From positions 29,185 to 93,184 of IMG/VR virus record IMGVR_UViG_3300010885_040738: a stretch of DNA of 64,000 bases; one strand, 5' to 3'. This document shows positions 8,610-18,289 of this stretch, in pieces. How positions within the stretch are numbered: the first letter of the stretch is position 1; each line of letters begins with the position of its first letter. The notes beneath the pieces were generated by a model. It worked only from the letters and a program-made list of their open reading frames with translations, was not told where the DNA came from and did not search any database. Both the position numbers and the translations under genes were made by a program. This stretch comes from a virus.

Positions 8610-8888
8610 GTGGCCGGAGAGGGCAGTGAGATGGAGACATTAAGACAGGTGGTGGGCTACGAGGTGGTAGTGCGGGGGACGAAGAGCCAGAGGGCGTTTT
8701 TGGTGAAGAGGGCTGCGCTGGCGTATTCGGGTGGGGCGCTGTTGTGCGCGTGGAAGTTGCCTTGTAATAGGAGGACTATGGTGGTAGTGGCGCAGCTTAC
8801 CGGCGCTGATAGGCTGGCGCAGGCAGGTTTGCTGTTGGCCTGCAGATAATACTGGACACAATCGGACACAAATGGATATAGTGAGGAC

Positions 8889-9047
8889 ATGCCGATGAAA
8901 TACGTTTTGGTGGAAAGATCTACTCCCGAGCTTTTGTCCGCCGAAATTTTGGGGATGCTTGCTGAGGGTTTTGCTCTGTACGGGAGCCCATTTTACAGTG
9001 GGAATCACGAGGAGGCATTTTACTGTCAGGCGGTCACAAAGGCATGA
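8889..9047 (+). CDS. DUF1737-like small protein (not in the ORF track)
   Basis: MPMKYVLVERSTPELLSAEILGMLAEGFALYGSPFYSG...FYCQAVTKA; the G(W/F)xLxGxP...QA pattern. Confidence 0.7.
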   Translation: MPMKYVLVERSTPELLSAEILGMLAEGFALYGSPFYSGNHEEAFYCQAVTKA

Positions 9048-9325
9048 ATATTAAGCCCGCGTGTGGCCTGCAGGATTCTGAGGTCAGGTTGATGGTGAGG
9101 GCTGGAGTTGGGCCTGTGTCGCCGCCGAGCTTCATGGCTGCAGATGTGGAGATGTGCCGGTGGGCAGTTGGAGAGATTGGGGCGCTGCGCGAGGCTGTTT
9201 ATAGGCAGTATGCTTATTTGGCTTTGAGCTTGCGCCCGGGTGACCCACGGACTGACGGTGAGGTGTTGTGGCGAACAGTGACGCTGACGACGCAGGAAGT
9301 GATGGACGCGCTGGAGGGCAAATGA
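9044..9325 (+). CDS. Hypothetical protein
   Basis: ATGA-coupled operon. Confidence 0.5.
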   Translation: MNIKPACGLQDSEVRLMVRAGVGPVSPPSFMAADVEMCRWAVGEIGALREAVYRQYAYLALSLRPGDPRTDGEVLWRTVTLTTQEVMDALEGK

Positions 9326-9510
9326 ACCGGTATTTTGAAACCCTTTTTTTGTCGGAGTACGGAGGGAACCCGTATGCGCTGGCTACAAACATGCTGTTGG
9401 GCGTGGTCTTGTCTGTGGTGGCATACCGTCGAACTGGCGGGAAAGTTTCGATCATGTTTGTTTGGGCTTTATACATGGCATTTTCCAACGTCACGAGGCT
9501 GCTGAAATGA
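9322..9510 (+). CDS. Small 2-TM membrane protein
   Basis: GGAGG SD; two hydrophobic segments. Confidence 0.55.
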   Translation: MNRYFETLFLSEYGGNPYALATNMLLGVVLSVVAYRRTGGKVSIMFVWALYMAFSNVTRLLK

Positions 9511-10073
9511 CGCCCGAACTCCTCGCCCTGCTGACGCCCGAGCAGGTGGGGGAGATCCGCAACTTCTATGCGATATCTAGTGGGTTGCGGGGTGCGGCTG
9601 ACGTAAACGCCCTGCTCTCAGACCGTGCCGAGATCGCGGCAGAGAACGCAGAACTGAAAAAGCTTGCCGCCGGACTGGAACTCAACCTCGCGGCGGTGAT
9701 TCAGCGGGCCGAGGCGGCAGAGAAGGCGCTGGCGGAAGCAAAATTCAGGTTGCTGGATGCCCAAGCTGCCCGGACGATTTGGATGGAGCGCAGCAAGGCC
9801 AACGCCCGCGAGTTGGACGAGGCCTACGACGCCATGTGCGAAATGGCGAAAACGCTGGACTGCGCAGAGGACTGGGCCGCGATTAAGGGCAAGCTGGCGG
9901 AAGCGGCGGAGGGCACGGCGGATTTAAACTGGCTGCTGGAGAATGCCGCGACGGGATTCTTCGTCATGTCGAATTCCGGCAAGTTCGCAGGGTACGAACG
10001 CAACCGCAGGGTTACCGAATGGGTGGATACACAGCGGGCCGCAATTCGTGCGGCGAGGGAGAAGAAGCAGTGA
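9507..10073 (+). CDS. Coiled-coil hypothetical protein
   Basis: ATGA coupling; Ala/Glu-rich helices. Confidence 0.6.
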   Translation: MTPELLALLTPEQVGEIRNFYAISSGLRGAADVNALLSDRAEIAAENAELKKLAAGLELNLAAVIQRAEAAEKALAEAKFRLLDAQAARTIWMERSKANARELDEAYDAMCEMAKTLDCAEDWAAIKGKLAEAAEGTADLNWLLENAATGFFVMSNSGKFAGYERNRRVTEWVDTQRAAIRAAREKKQ

Positions 10074-10594
10074 AAAGCACTTGCATGAGATGCGGCGACG
10101 GGACATTGCTGGAGCAGTTCAGCATTCAGCTTGCCGAGGTCACCGAGGAGCGGGATCGGCTGCGGGAGGCGCTGAAGGCTGCCTCACACGCGAAGATGAC
10201 CGCAAACTCTACCCTTTCCGCCCACCCCGAGCAGGGGCCTCTCGCTCCAGCCGACCGCGTGCTGCTTGCCTTTCCTGGCCGAGACAAGGCCGATGCAATG
10301 AGCCACGAACCGCTGACCGATGCCGAACTGGCCGAACTGGAGCGCAAGTACGGTGACGCTAAAGGAATTTACGCCATCGACATCATGACCAAGAAATGCC
10401 AGATGCGGATATCAACGATGCACGAAGCTATCCCTCGGCTGCTGGCGACGATCAGGGATGCGCGGATTGCGGCACTGGAAGGTAAAAGTTCTGGGGAGAG
10501 CGAGACGAGCGAGTGCCAGGACCCTAACTGCCTCGGGGCGGAAGCAACGCCGTCCGCATCCCCGGAGGTAGCGGCGCGAGGGGGCCAGCGATGA
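10070..10594 (+). CDS. Hypothetical protein
   Basis: GTGA coupling; LTDAELAELE...IPRLLATIR pattern typical of phage Ead/Ea22-like genes. Confidence 0.5.
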   Translation: MKSTCMRCGDGTLLEQFSIQLAEVTEERDRLREALKAASHAKMTANSTLSAHPEQGPLAPADRVLLAFPGRDKADAMSHEPLTDAELAELERKYGDAKGIYAIDIMTKKCQMRISTMHEAIPRLLATIRDARIAALEGKSSGESETSECQDPNCLGAEATPSASPEVAARGGQR

Positions 10595-10848
10595 TGCGAA
10601 ACGAAACGCGGTTCTATCCGATGGGCGAGCGGAAGCCAGCGCTCAACTTTGGTGGGGCTTGGCCTAAGATGGCGCCGTGTGCTTGCGGGTGCGGCACGGA
10701 GTTCATGAAGAGAAGTTGGAGCGCCAAGCTGCCAGAGTGCGCTGCTCGCGGCAAGGCGGCGTCGGAATCAAAAGCGAAGAAGAAGAACAGGGCTGCGACG
10801 GCGGCACTGGCCGCAGGGAGGCAGTCAGGTATAAATGAAACCAGTTAA
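10591..10848 (+). CDS. Basic protein with a CACGCG motif
   Basis: ATGA coupling. Confidence 0.5.
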   Translation: MMRNETRFYPMGERKPALNFGGAWPKMAPCACGCGTEFMKRSWSAKLPECAARGKAASESKAKKKNRAATAALAAGRQSGINETS

Positions 10849-10999
10849 CTCAGCAGTGATTCACGTCAGGCTGGACAAAGACGTCAAGAAGAAGATCAGC
10901 AAGATGGCGGAGGCGGACGGCCGCACGGTCAGCGCGTTTGTGGCATTGGCGTTACGCCGGCTGGCTGGGATGGATATTGGAGCAGGGGCAGCACCGTGA
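10835..10999 (+). CDS. Arc/RHH DNA-binding protein (not in the ORF track)
   Basis: MKPVNSAVIHVRLDKDVKKKISKMAEADGRTVSAFVALAL. Confidence 0.75.
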   Translation: MKPVNSAVIHVRLDKDVKKKISKMAEADGRTVSAFVALALRRLAGMDIGAGAAP

Positions 11000-11190
11000 C
11001 ATGGGCGAGCATCAAGCGGCTGGCGCGCCGCATTTCCCTGTTCTTCTGCCTGCATGCTCACCTAACGTTTATCCGGAACATCTACGGCGATGAAATCTTT
11101 TTCTGGGGCGGCGATCGGTCGGTATGGAAATGCAGGAGGTGTGGGCAGACCGTGACGCAGCCGCATCTTTCCCAGTACACTAAGGACTGA
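10996..11190 (+). CDS. Small Zn-binding phage protein (DUF1660-like)
   Basis: LFFCLH...RNIYGDEI...RSVWKCRRCG. Confidence 0.6.
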   Translation: MTWASIKRLARRISLFFCLHAHLTFIRNIYGDEIFFWGGDRSVWKCRRCGQTVTQPHLSQYTKD

Positions 11191-11199
11191 GGTATTTAA

Positions 11200-11781
11200 G
11201 TGCCTGTAGATACAAAGCCGTCTGTTGTGGCGCAATCAAGGTGGACGAGGACGCCAATATCTTTCGGAACAGGTCAGGCATATAGCGGAGTCACACTGGA
11301 GAAGCCAAAGGGGAAAGCCGTAATGATTGAGGCTAACCTTGGGCCAGACCAAGTGAAAAACAGCCGCATGCTGCGGCACGAATCAATTCATGCGCTGCTG
11401 GGTGATGCCGGCAGCGCTGCGTCAAAAGATCGTAGCGTAAGGCAGGCAGCGGCACCGATCGTAAACCAACTTTCCCAAAATGGCATGTCTGGCTATCTGG
11501 ACGATGAGATGCCTGCGTATATGGGGTCTTTTTCTGATTCGCCTGATGAATGGACCGAAGGCGTCGGGCGGGATGCCCGGAGCAGATACATTACGGCGTA
11601 CTCAGAAGCGCTTAGAAAACAGAACCCGGCGATAGCTGACAAGTATCAAAGGATGTCTCAGGATTCGTCTCCCGGGACGCTGGCGGGCGCTGTTGATATT
11701 TACCCAGGGGCGAAATACAGGGCAGTGCCGGGCGGAAACTCTGTTAAAGTCGTCCCGCACGGGCCGGGCAGGGGCAGGTAG
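11200..11781 (+). CDS. Putative zincin-like metallopeptidase
   Basis: LRHESIHALL (HExxH), with a downstream DEMPAY. Confidence 0.5.
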   Translation: MPVDTKPSVVAQSRWTRTPISFGTGQAYSGVTLEKPKGKAVMIEANLGPDQVKNSRMLRHESIHALLGDAGSAASKDRSVRQAAAPIVNQLSQNGMSGYLDDEMPAYMGSFSDSPDEWTEGVGRDARSRYITAYSEALRKQNPAIADKYQRMSQDSSPGTLAGAVDIYPGAKYRAVPGGNSVKVVPHGPGRGR

Positions 11782-11784
11782 CTA

Positions 11785-13818
11785 ATGGGCCTCGTTTCCC
11801 CAGAAGAACTTCTAAAGTATCCGCCGCCGAAGCCGCCGGCGTGGATCACCAGCTCGCGGATGATGCGGTACCCGCTGCCGTGCCCGGAGTATCAGGTTCA
11901 GATTCTTGAGGCGCCGACGCGGTCAGGGAAGCCGGGGAATCCGTACTGGACATCCAACCCAGGGCCGCAAACATGGTCACTTTTAGCCCCTTTTGATGAG
12001 ATTGTCTGCGGCGGCAGCCGTGGCGGAGGGAAATCGGCTGTGCTTATATCCTGGTTCGCGATGGGGGACCAGAGACTGGACCCCGACGACCCGGCGCACT
12101 ACTCGTATTTGCTGGAGCCGAGCTACCGCGGGCTGATGCTTAGAAAAGAATACCAGTCCATGGCGGAGTTCGTTGATGAAGCCAGTGACTTCTTTGGACC
12201 GCTCGGGGGGAAAAAGAAAAACGAGCCGACGGAGTTTCACTTCAAAAGCGGCGCTATCATTTACACAAACCACCTCGGGGACGCGAAGGCATTCGAGAAG
12301 TATAGGGGGTGGGGCATCTCGCGGATCGGCATTGAAGAGCTTACGCAGATTGAGGAAGAGCGCTGGTACCTGAAACTGCTCGGATCTCTTCGTGCCAAAA
12401 AGCAGATTCGCATTCATGCCGGCAAAGAGTTTGCAGCGCTGCGGTCGCAGATCATGTCGACCACTAATCCTGACGGACCAGGCCGCTCTTGGGTGCGTAA
12501 GCGTTTCGTCAAAGTTCTTGATTCCAAAGGGAATATCATCCCGACAAACACGCCGATGAAGGACAAGATTACTGGCCTGTCGCGGATCTTCATTCCGATG
12601 TCGCGGATGGATAACCGGTACCTGCGGAACGACAAGCAGTACGAGGGCATGCTTTTATCGCAGGACGAGGTTACCAGAAAGCAGTGGATTGACGGCGACT
12701 GGGATGCCGGTAGCGGGGCCTTCTTCTCCGAGTTTCGACCGCAAGGGCCCCTCGGACCAATCGAGCAGGAGAAGTATCCGTGGGCAAGGCACGTGGTCCC
12801 GCCGGTGGACCTGCAGCCGTGGTGGTACCGGTTTGGAGGCGGCGACTGGGGGTATAGTCACCCGGCGGCATTTCACAAGTTCTGCCGAAGCGAGCGCGAC
12901 GGTCGCATCAACGTCTATGACGAATTGGTTCTCCGCGGGTGCGGTTCGTTTGAGATGGGCGTGCGTCTGGCTCACTGGTGGATGCCGGATCTTGAAGGGC
13001 TGCCGAACAAAAGTGTGACGATTGCATTTTCGCCTGATGCGTTTGCAACAACAGACTCAGGGAAAACAAAAGTTGAGCAGATGGCTGACGGCATTGCCAG
13101 TGTTCTCGGACCATACGGCGCTTTCCTGTTGAAGTACACGGACGATGAGCGCAAGGCGATGGAAAGCAACCCGGCAAATGCGCAGAGAATGATCGAAGGG
13201 CGGATTGCTTCCGCCGCTCAAGGCAAAATGCAGATTGTCCTGAAGCGTGCCAGCACCGACACAGTTGCCAGGTGGAGCTACGTTCGCGAGTTGCTGCGGT
13301 TCCGCCCAATTGTTCAGGAGACCGAGCAGGAATTACGGGAAAGGGTGACAGAGCGTTTCCAGCGCTCCGGGTTGGAGGCGTACGAGCGTGAGCTGCTCAA
13401 GATTCGCCGGCCGCAGGATGAGCATTTGCCGAAGCTTCATATCTGGAAAGATCGGTGCCCGGGGCTCGTGCGGTGTCTTGAAGAAGCAATGGAGGATGAG
13501 ACCAACTCTGAGAAGGTGGCAAAGAAGGATGCCGTGGACGGCGTCGGTGGCGACGATCCGCTTGACAGTGCTTGTCATGGCCTGCACCACTTCAAAGAGA
13601 TCGAGAAGGTTATGCCGAAGTCGTACTTCGTGTCGGAGCGGATGGAACAGATTCAGGCTGGATTTGAGCGCGACTTCGGGGAGCGCCTGACAGATCCAAA
13701 CCGGTTGATCATGATCCAGCAGACTCAGAGCGCTCGGTACGACAACGCGCACCCGTCACAGTCTGGCGGCTTTACTCCGGCGCGGATGTCCAGCAGTCGG
13801 CATCGAAAGCCTAATTAG
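11785..13818 (+). CDS. terL: Terminase large subunit
   Basis: Walker A GGSRGGGKS, Walker B IGIEELTQ, STTNPDGPG coupling motif, and RNase H-like GGDWGYSHP ... DDPLDS. Confidence 0.95.
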   Translation: MGLVSPEELLKYPPPKPPAWITSSRMMRYPLPCPEYQVQILEAPTRSGKPGNPYWTSNPGPQTWSLLAPFDEIVCGGSRGGGKSAVLISWFAMGDQRLDPDDPAHYSYLLEPSYRGLMLRKEYQSMAEFVDEASDFFGPLGGKKKNEPTEFHFKSGAIIYTNHLGDAKAFEKYRGWGISRIGIEELTQIEEERWYLKLLGSLRAKKQIRIHAGKEFAALRSQIMSTTNPDGPGRSWVRKRFVKVLDSKGNIIPTNTPMKDKITGLSRIFIPMSRMDNRYLRNDKQYEGMLLSQDEVTRKQWIDGDWDAGSGAFFSEFRPQGPLGPIEQEKYPWARHVVPPVDLQPWWYRFGGGDWGYSHPAAFHKFCRSERDGRINVYDELVLRGCGSFEMGVRLAHWWMPDLEGLPNKSVTIAFSPDAFATTDSGKTKVEQMADGIASVLGPYGAFLLKYTDDERKAMESNPANAQRMIEGRIASAAQGKMQIVLKRASTDTVARWSYVRELLRFRPIVQETEQELRERVTERFQRSGLEAYERELLKIRRPQDEHLPKLHIWKDRCPGLVRCLEEAMEDETNSEKVAKKDAVDGVGGDDPLDSACHGLHHFKEIEKVMPKSYFVSERMEQIQAGFERDFGERLTDPNRLIMIQQTQSARYDNAHPSQSGGFTPARMSSSRHRKPN

Positions 13819-13854
13819 GGTACACTTGTTGTTGAAATCGCAGGAGCACAAAAT

Positions 13855-14268
13855 ATGGCCGCACCGATGTCGTACAGACCGCAGCAGCGCAAAACTCCGG
13901 GCATGGACCCCAGAAAGATGCGCGCCCCCCACATGATGGCCGATGGCGGCCTGATCCCGGGCCCCGGGCCGATTGGCGGGGGCGGTCCAGCGAAAGGTGC
14001 GATGCCACCGAAGAAGCCGGCCGCGCCGCCGATGCAGGACCCCGACATGGACGGCGACGTTGACACACCAGTCATTCGCCCGGAAGCGGTGAACTACCAC
14101 GACGAACCGCACAGCTGCGGCGCGTGCAAGTACAACACGGACGGCCAGTGCGGAGTGCTGCAGATGCAGATTAGCTTGGAGGGCGGATGTAATGCCTTTG
14201 AGGCTGGCGAGCCGGAGAATCCGGATATGGCGGAAGACATGGGCATGGAGCCGGAAGAGGCATACTAA
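13855..14268 (+). CDS. Pro/Met-rich protein with a HiPIP-like 4-Cys domain
   Basis: AVNYHDEPHSCGACKY...CGVLQMQISLEGGCNAF; contains MMADGG. Confidence 0.55.
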   Translation: MAAPMSYRPQQRKTPGMDPRKMRAPHMMADGGLIPGPGPIGGGGPAKGAMPPKKPAAPPMQDPDMDGDVDTPVIRPEAVNYHDEPHSCGACKYNTDGQCGVLQMQISLEGGCNAFEAGEPENPDMAEDMGMEPEEAY

Positions 14269-14816
14269 TGCAGGCATACAGGCAAAAGGCGACGAGCTTT
14301 GCCGTTCAATACACCGGTGAGCCGATTGAGGGCGTCACGTGCGGCGGCAGTTCGACGGACGAAACGGTCCGTCAGGCAGCGCGGCAACTGAACGGCTGCG
14401 ATCCTTCGAGGGCTCATTTGCCGCACGTTCATACGGCGCAGGTCGGCGGCCTTGGCATTGTGACGCCCGGTTGCTGGATTATGCCGGTTCGCGGCGGTCC
14501 GTTTTGCGTTGTGGAAGATGCTCAGTTTCGGGCGCACTTTGAGGTGCCGCTGCTCGTTGAGCCTGATGCCGCGCCTGCCGCGCTATCTGGACATCCGCCT
14601 GTCGTAGTTGATCCGACTGAAGATCCGGCTCCGCCCGCGCCCGCTGACGAGCCGACCGACACTGTCACCGCTACTGATGAGCCTGTATTGCCGGAGCCCG
14701 CCTCTGAAGTGGAGCCCTCTACTGAAGTCGCTTCCGCTGCCAATGAACTAGCCGCGCCGGCTGAGGAAGCCGCACCGCCCAAGCGCGCACGAGCGACAAA
14801 GAAAGCTCGCCAGTAA
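14268..14816 (+). CDS. Phage protein of the 'YRxK..AVQ..G...PG.WI....G.F' family with an acidic Pro-rich tail
   Basis: YRQKATSFAVQYTG ... TPGCWIMPVRGGPFCVVEDAQFRAHFE. Confidence 0.6.
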   Translation: MQAYRQKATSFAVQYTGEPIEGVTCGGSSTDETVRQAARQLNGCDPSRAHLPHVHTAQVGGLGIVTPGCWIMPVRGGPFCVVEDAQFRAHFEVPLLVEPDAAPAALSGHPPVVVDPTEDPAPPAPADEPTDTVTATDEPVLPEPASEVEPSTEVASAANELAAPAEEAAPPKRARATKKARQ

Positions 14817-15337
14817 TGCTTTGGCTTCTGAGCCTTATTCCTGCGTTCCGGAACCTGCAGAATCTTTGCCAGATGCAGGCCCGGCAGATAGAAGAGCTTC
14901 GGCACGATGCCGCTACGGCTGGCTCCATGCAGGACTCACTGGCTGACTGCAGGATTCGCGAAAGCGTATTGCAGGACGAAGCGATTACACTTCGCGAGCA
15001 AATTGGGCAACTCAGCACCGAGAAGCTTATCCTGCAGGACCGCTTGGACAGTTCTCTTCAGGATCATGATCAAATGTGGTCAATGATAAGGGAGTCTCTC
15101 GACGGGGAGCGTATGGCTCTACGAACGCAGGTCAATCACGCAGTTGCCCGCGCCGGCGGTGGCGTTCCGTATCCGGATGCGCACCAGATGCCGGCGTCGG
15201 CCGTACCGCAAAAGCGCGAGGTCGGTCCTGTAGGTCGCCGAAGCCGATTGCTGTATTCAGAAGCATCAGCGGCGCATGACCGAAGGTTCATTCAGGACAT
15301 GATGACGCCGCCGCAAGTTGAGGAAATGCCGACCTAG
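14816..15337 (+). CDS. Coiled-coil hypothetical protein
   Basis: TAATG coupling; heptad pattern. Confidence 0.6.
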   Translation: MLWLLSLIPAFRNLQNLCQMQARQIEELRHDAATAGSMQDSLADCRIRESVLQDEAITLREQIGQLSTEKLILQDRLDSSLQDHDQMWSMIRESLDGERMALRTQVNHAVARAGGGVPYPDAHQMPASAVPQKREVGPVGRRSRLLYSEASAAHDRRFIQDMMTPPQVEEMPT

Positions 15338-15408
15338 CCTGCACGCAGGCATCAGGTTGGAATAGAATCAATTCATGGGCTTCGTGAAGCAATCCCCGAG
15401 AGACAATA

Positions 15409-17736
15409 ATGGCTGAAATCCTCGGTGAGGCTCCGGAAGCCCTTTCCAATTCCGAAATCATCAAACGGTACGGCAGTCATTTGGACGTGGTTACCAAGGC
15501 GGCGACCGACCCAACGTATGACTTTGAACGAAGCATTCTGATCTCGCAGGCGCGCCAGCAGTGGCTGATGGTCAAGGGAAACCCGAACCCTGTCCTTGGC
15601 TGGGGGCCCAGCGACTACGGCGGGCAGCAGGCGTCCTGGATTCCGTTTGACTACACGTCTTCGCAGGAAGAGACCGGCGCGGACGTCAAACTCTGTCCTC
15701 CGATCAACTTCATTGGCGGCGACTGCTTTAAGTTTATGGCCGTGATGGGGTCATCCTCTCCCAGGGTCAAAGGTGTGGCTGACGATCTCCGCGATCAGGG
15801 CGATATTGCAACAGCTTACTGTGCCGACACCAACATCCGGGACCTGTGGATCAAGAACAAGATTGACCGGCTCTGGAAGATTGCCGCATTCCATATGTAC
15901 ACCACGGGGCCGTGCTTCATGCGCGGCTACTGGAATACCGACAAGGTGAAGTACGGCGAGACGCAGGAACCGAAGATCGAGATTGTCTTTGGCGAGGACG
16001 GCGTTCCGATACCAAAGGTCGTCGGGACGCAGTCTTATGCGAACGGCGATGCCGAAGTAAGCTTTCACAGCGTCCTGGAAGTCACGATTCCGTGGGAAGC
16101 GAAAGAGCTTCGTGGGAACTTCCTCTGCTGCGAGCGCATGCTGTCCAAATGGGCGCTTCTTGCAAAGTACCCGGGAAAAAATGATGAGCCAGGGCCTTTG
16201 GATCAGTATCGCGGTGGCGACGTTCCTGACGACAAGATGAGCGGGGCGACGGTTGCGGCGCAAGAAGCGAAGACGGCGACGTCAAACCCATCAATGACGG
16301 CGCAGAGCAAGCGGCCGGACACGTGGCGGTTTACGGAGTGGTGGGTTCCTCCGTATCTCTACGAGGCGGTAACGTCAGGGGAGGCGCGGGAGGTTCTGAA
16401 GCGCCAGTTTTCCCGCGGGCTGTATATTGCACGAGTAGGATCTGTTGTTGTCGAGATTGAAGAGCGCGAAGTCACCGACGAATGGACGGTTTGTGGCGTC
16501 AACCGCGGTGAGAAGATCATGGAGCGGCCGGTGTGCGCCGACAACGTCCCAATCCAGCGCGCCATCAACGACCTCATGGGGATGGCGATCGAAACCATTC
16601 TTCGGGCGATCACCCAGACCATTATTGATAACCAGCTCATTGACCGCCAGGCGATGAGCACCCGGGAGGCAATCCCGGCGGAAATGATTCTGACGGCGAT
16701 GCCGCCGGAAGGTGATCTTCGAGCCAAGATCTTCCAGATCCCGCCGGCCCACCTGAGCGATCAGGCATTGCCGCTGCTGAATCTGATGCGGTCCATGGGG
16801 CAGGATATTTCTGGCGTGCGTCCGGAACTGTCTGGCGGTGGCCAGCCGACCAGCACGTACCGCGAGGCGAAGCAGCGGAAGGATCAGGCGTTGGCCCAGC
16901 TGGCGCCACAAGCGCAGGCAATGCGGGATGCGGCTGAGGATCTGGGGAAGATTCTTGTGAATCTCCGGGCAAAGTACGGCTCCGGAATTGTCAAGTCTCA
17001 GCGACGTGGCGCGTATGGCGTCGAGACTGACGTCGCGAACATGGAAGACCTGAAGGAAACTGGTTGGCATCCGGAATCGGATGACCAGTTTCCGTTGACG
17101 CTTTCCGACAAGCGCGATTCGGTTTACAGTCTAATCAAAGAGATGCCGCCGGAAGTTCAGGCGTTCCTCGGCGTTCTCGATGTTCTCAACGTTGAGGAGC
17201 TTTGCGAACTGCTGCAGGTCCCCGGTTTCCAAAGCGCGATCGCGGACCAAAAGAAGAAGACGCTGGCCGAGATTGACGAGCTTATGGCACAGGAGCCGGT
17301 TATGCAGGAACCTGGCCCCGACGGTCAGGTTCCGCCGGCAAAGTCATCTATTCCGATTGACCCGTACGATAACCATCAGGTTGCGGCGGCCGTTAAGTCG
17401 CGCTGGCTGATTGCGAACCAGCAGGTGAAGGGTACGCCTGGCTTTGCCAACGTGGAAGCGTCGTGGACCGAGCAAAATGAAATGGCGCAACCGCCGCAGC
17501 CGCCTCCGCCTCCGCCGGTAAAGGGCAGCTTGTCAATGAGCGCCAAGCTTGAGGACTTCCCGAACCTAATGCCGCAGGTGATGGAGGCGGCCGGCATGCA
17601 GCCACCGCCTCCGCCAGCACCAACGCCGCAACAGCCGCTGGCTGGTGGGCCACAAAACCTGACTGGAGCAATGACACCGGATGCAAACCTACAGCCGCTC
17701 CCCGCGGGCCCCCAACCTCCCCAGGGGGCGATGTAA
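15409..17736 (+). CDS. Portal protein
   Basis: 775 aa, between TerL and scaffold/MCP; Gln/Pro-rich C-terminal tail typical of P22-like portals; DISGV...G motif. Confidence 0.8.
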   Translation: MAEILGEAPEALSNSEIIKRYGSHLDVVTKAATDPTYDFERSILISQARQQWLMVKGNPNPVLGWGPSDYGGQQASWIPFDYTSSQEETGADVKLCPPINFIGGDCFKFMAVMGSSSPRVKGVADDLRDQGDIATAYCADTNIRDLWIKNKIDRLWKIAAFHMYTTGPCFMRGYWNTDKVKYGETQEPKIEIVFGEDGVPIPKVVGTQSYANGDAEVSFHSVLEVTIPWEAKELRGNFLCCERMLSKWALLAKYPGKNDEPGPLDQYRGGDVPDDKMSGATVAAQEAKTATSNPSMTAQSKRPDTWRFTEWWVPPYLYEAVTSGEAREVLKRQFSRGLYIARVGSVVVEIEEREVTDEWTVCGVNRGEKIMERPVCADNVPIQRAINDLMGMAIETILRAITQTIIDNQLIDRQAMSTREAIPAEMILTAMPPEGDLRAKIFQIPPAHLSDQALPLLNLMRSMGQDISGVRPELSGGGQPTSTYREAKQRKDQALAQLAPQAQAMRDAAEDLGKILVNLRAKYGSGIVKSQRRGAYGVETDVANMEDLKETGWHPESDDQFPLTLSDKRDSVYSLIKEMPPEVQAFLGVLDVLNVEELCELLQVPGFQSAIADQKKKTLAEIDELMAQEPVMQEPGPDGQVPPAKSSIPIDPYDNHQVAAAVKSRWLIANQQVKGTPGFANVEASWTEQNEMAQPPQPPPPPPVKGSLSMSAKLEDFPNLMPQVMEAAGMQPPPPPAPTPQQPLAGGPQNLTGAMTPDANLQPLPAGPQPPQGAM

Positions 17737-17737
17737 G

Positions 17738-18289
17738 GTGGTCGGGAAGTACGGGCAGAAGAAGCCGAAGACCGAGCACAGCTTTTCTTCGACGCAGGTA
17801 AACCTGACAGGCCCGGCGAAGGATGCTGTGATTGCGATGGCCAAGGCTATCCCGAGCAGGGAGCTGGCGGAAGATGGCCGCGAGGACACTCCCCACACAA
17901 CAGTAAAGTACGGGTTGCATTTTCGCAGCCCCAGCGCAAGACTGCGGCGAGTGATTCAGGAGTTCGGCGTCATTACGGCGACTCTCGGGAAGACGAGCTT
18001 GTTCCAGAACGATGATGCGGACGTGCTGAAAGTAGACGTTGACTCTACAGATCTTCACCGGCTGAATGCGCTGGTGTCGAAGGTGATTCCGACACACACG
18101 ACTCACCCGACCTACATCCCGCACGTGACGATTGCGTACCTCAAGCCCGGGCTGGGCAAGAAATATGCTGGGCGTGACGATCTCGCCGGGCGCAAGTTGC
18201 AGTTCGACAGTGTCCTGTTCTCAGGTAAAGACGGGCACGTGGAAGAAATTAAGCTGGGCAGTAAACGTGCTTATCGAGCGGTCGCGTAA
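17738..18289 (+). CDS. 2H phosphoesterase, Acb1/T4 gp57B-like (putative cyclic-oligonucleotide nuclease)
   Basis: Two HxT motifs: PHTTVKYGL and YIPHVTIAY; DVLKVDVDS.DLH.LN. Confidence 0.8.
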   Translation: MVGKYGQKKPKTEHSFSSTQVNLTGPAKDAVIAMAKAIPSRELAEDGREDTPHTTVKYGLHFRSPSARLRRVIQEFGVITATLGKTSLFQNDDADVLKVDVDSTDLHRLNALVSKVIPTHTTHPTYIPHVTIAYLKPGLGKKYAGRDDLAGRKLQFDSVLFSGKDGHVEEIKLGSKRAYRAVA

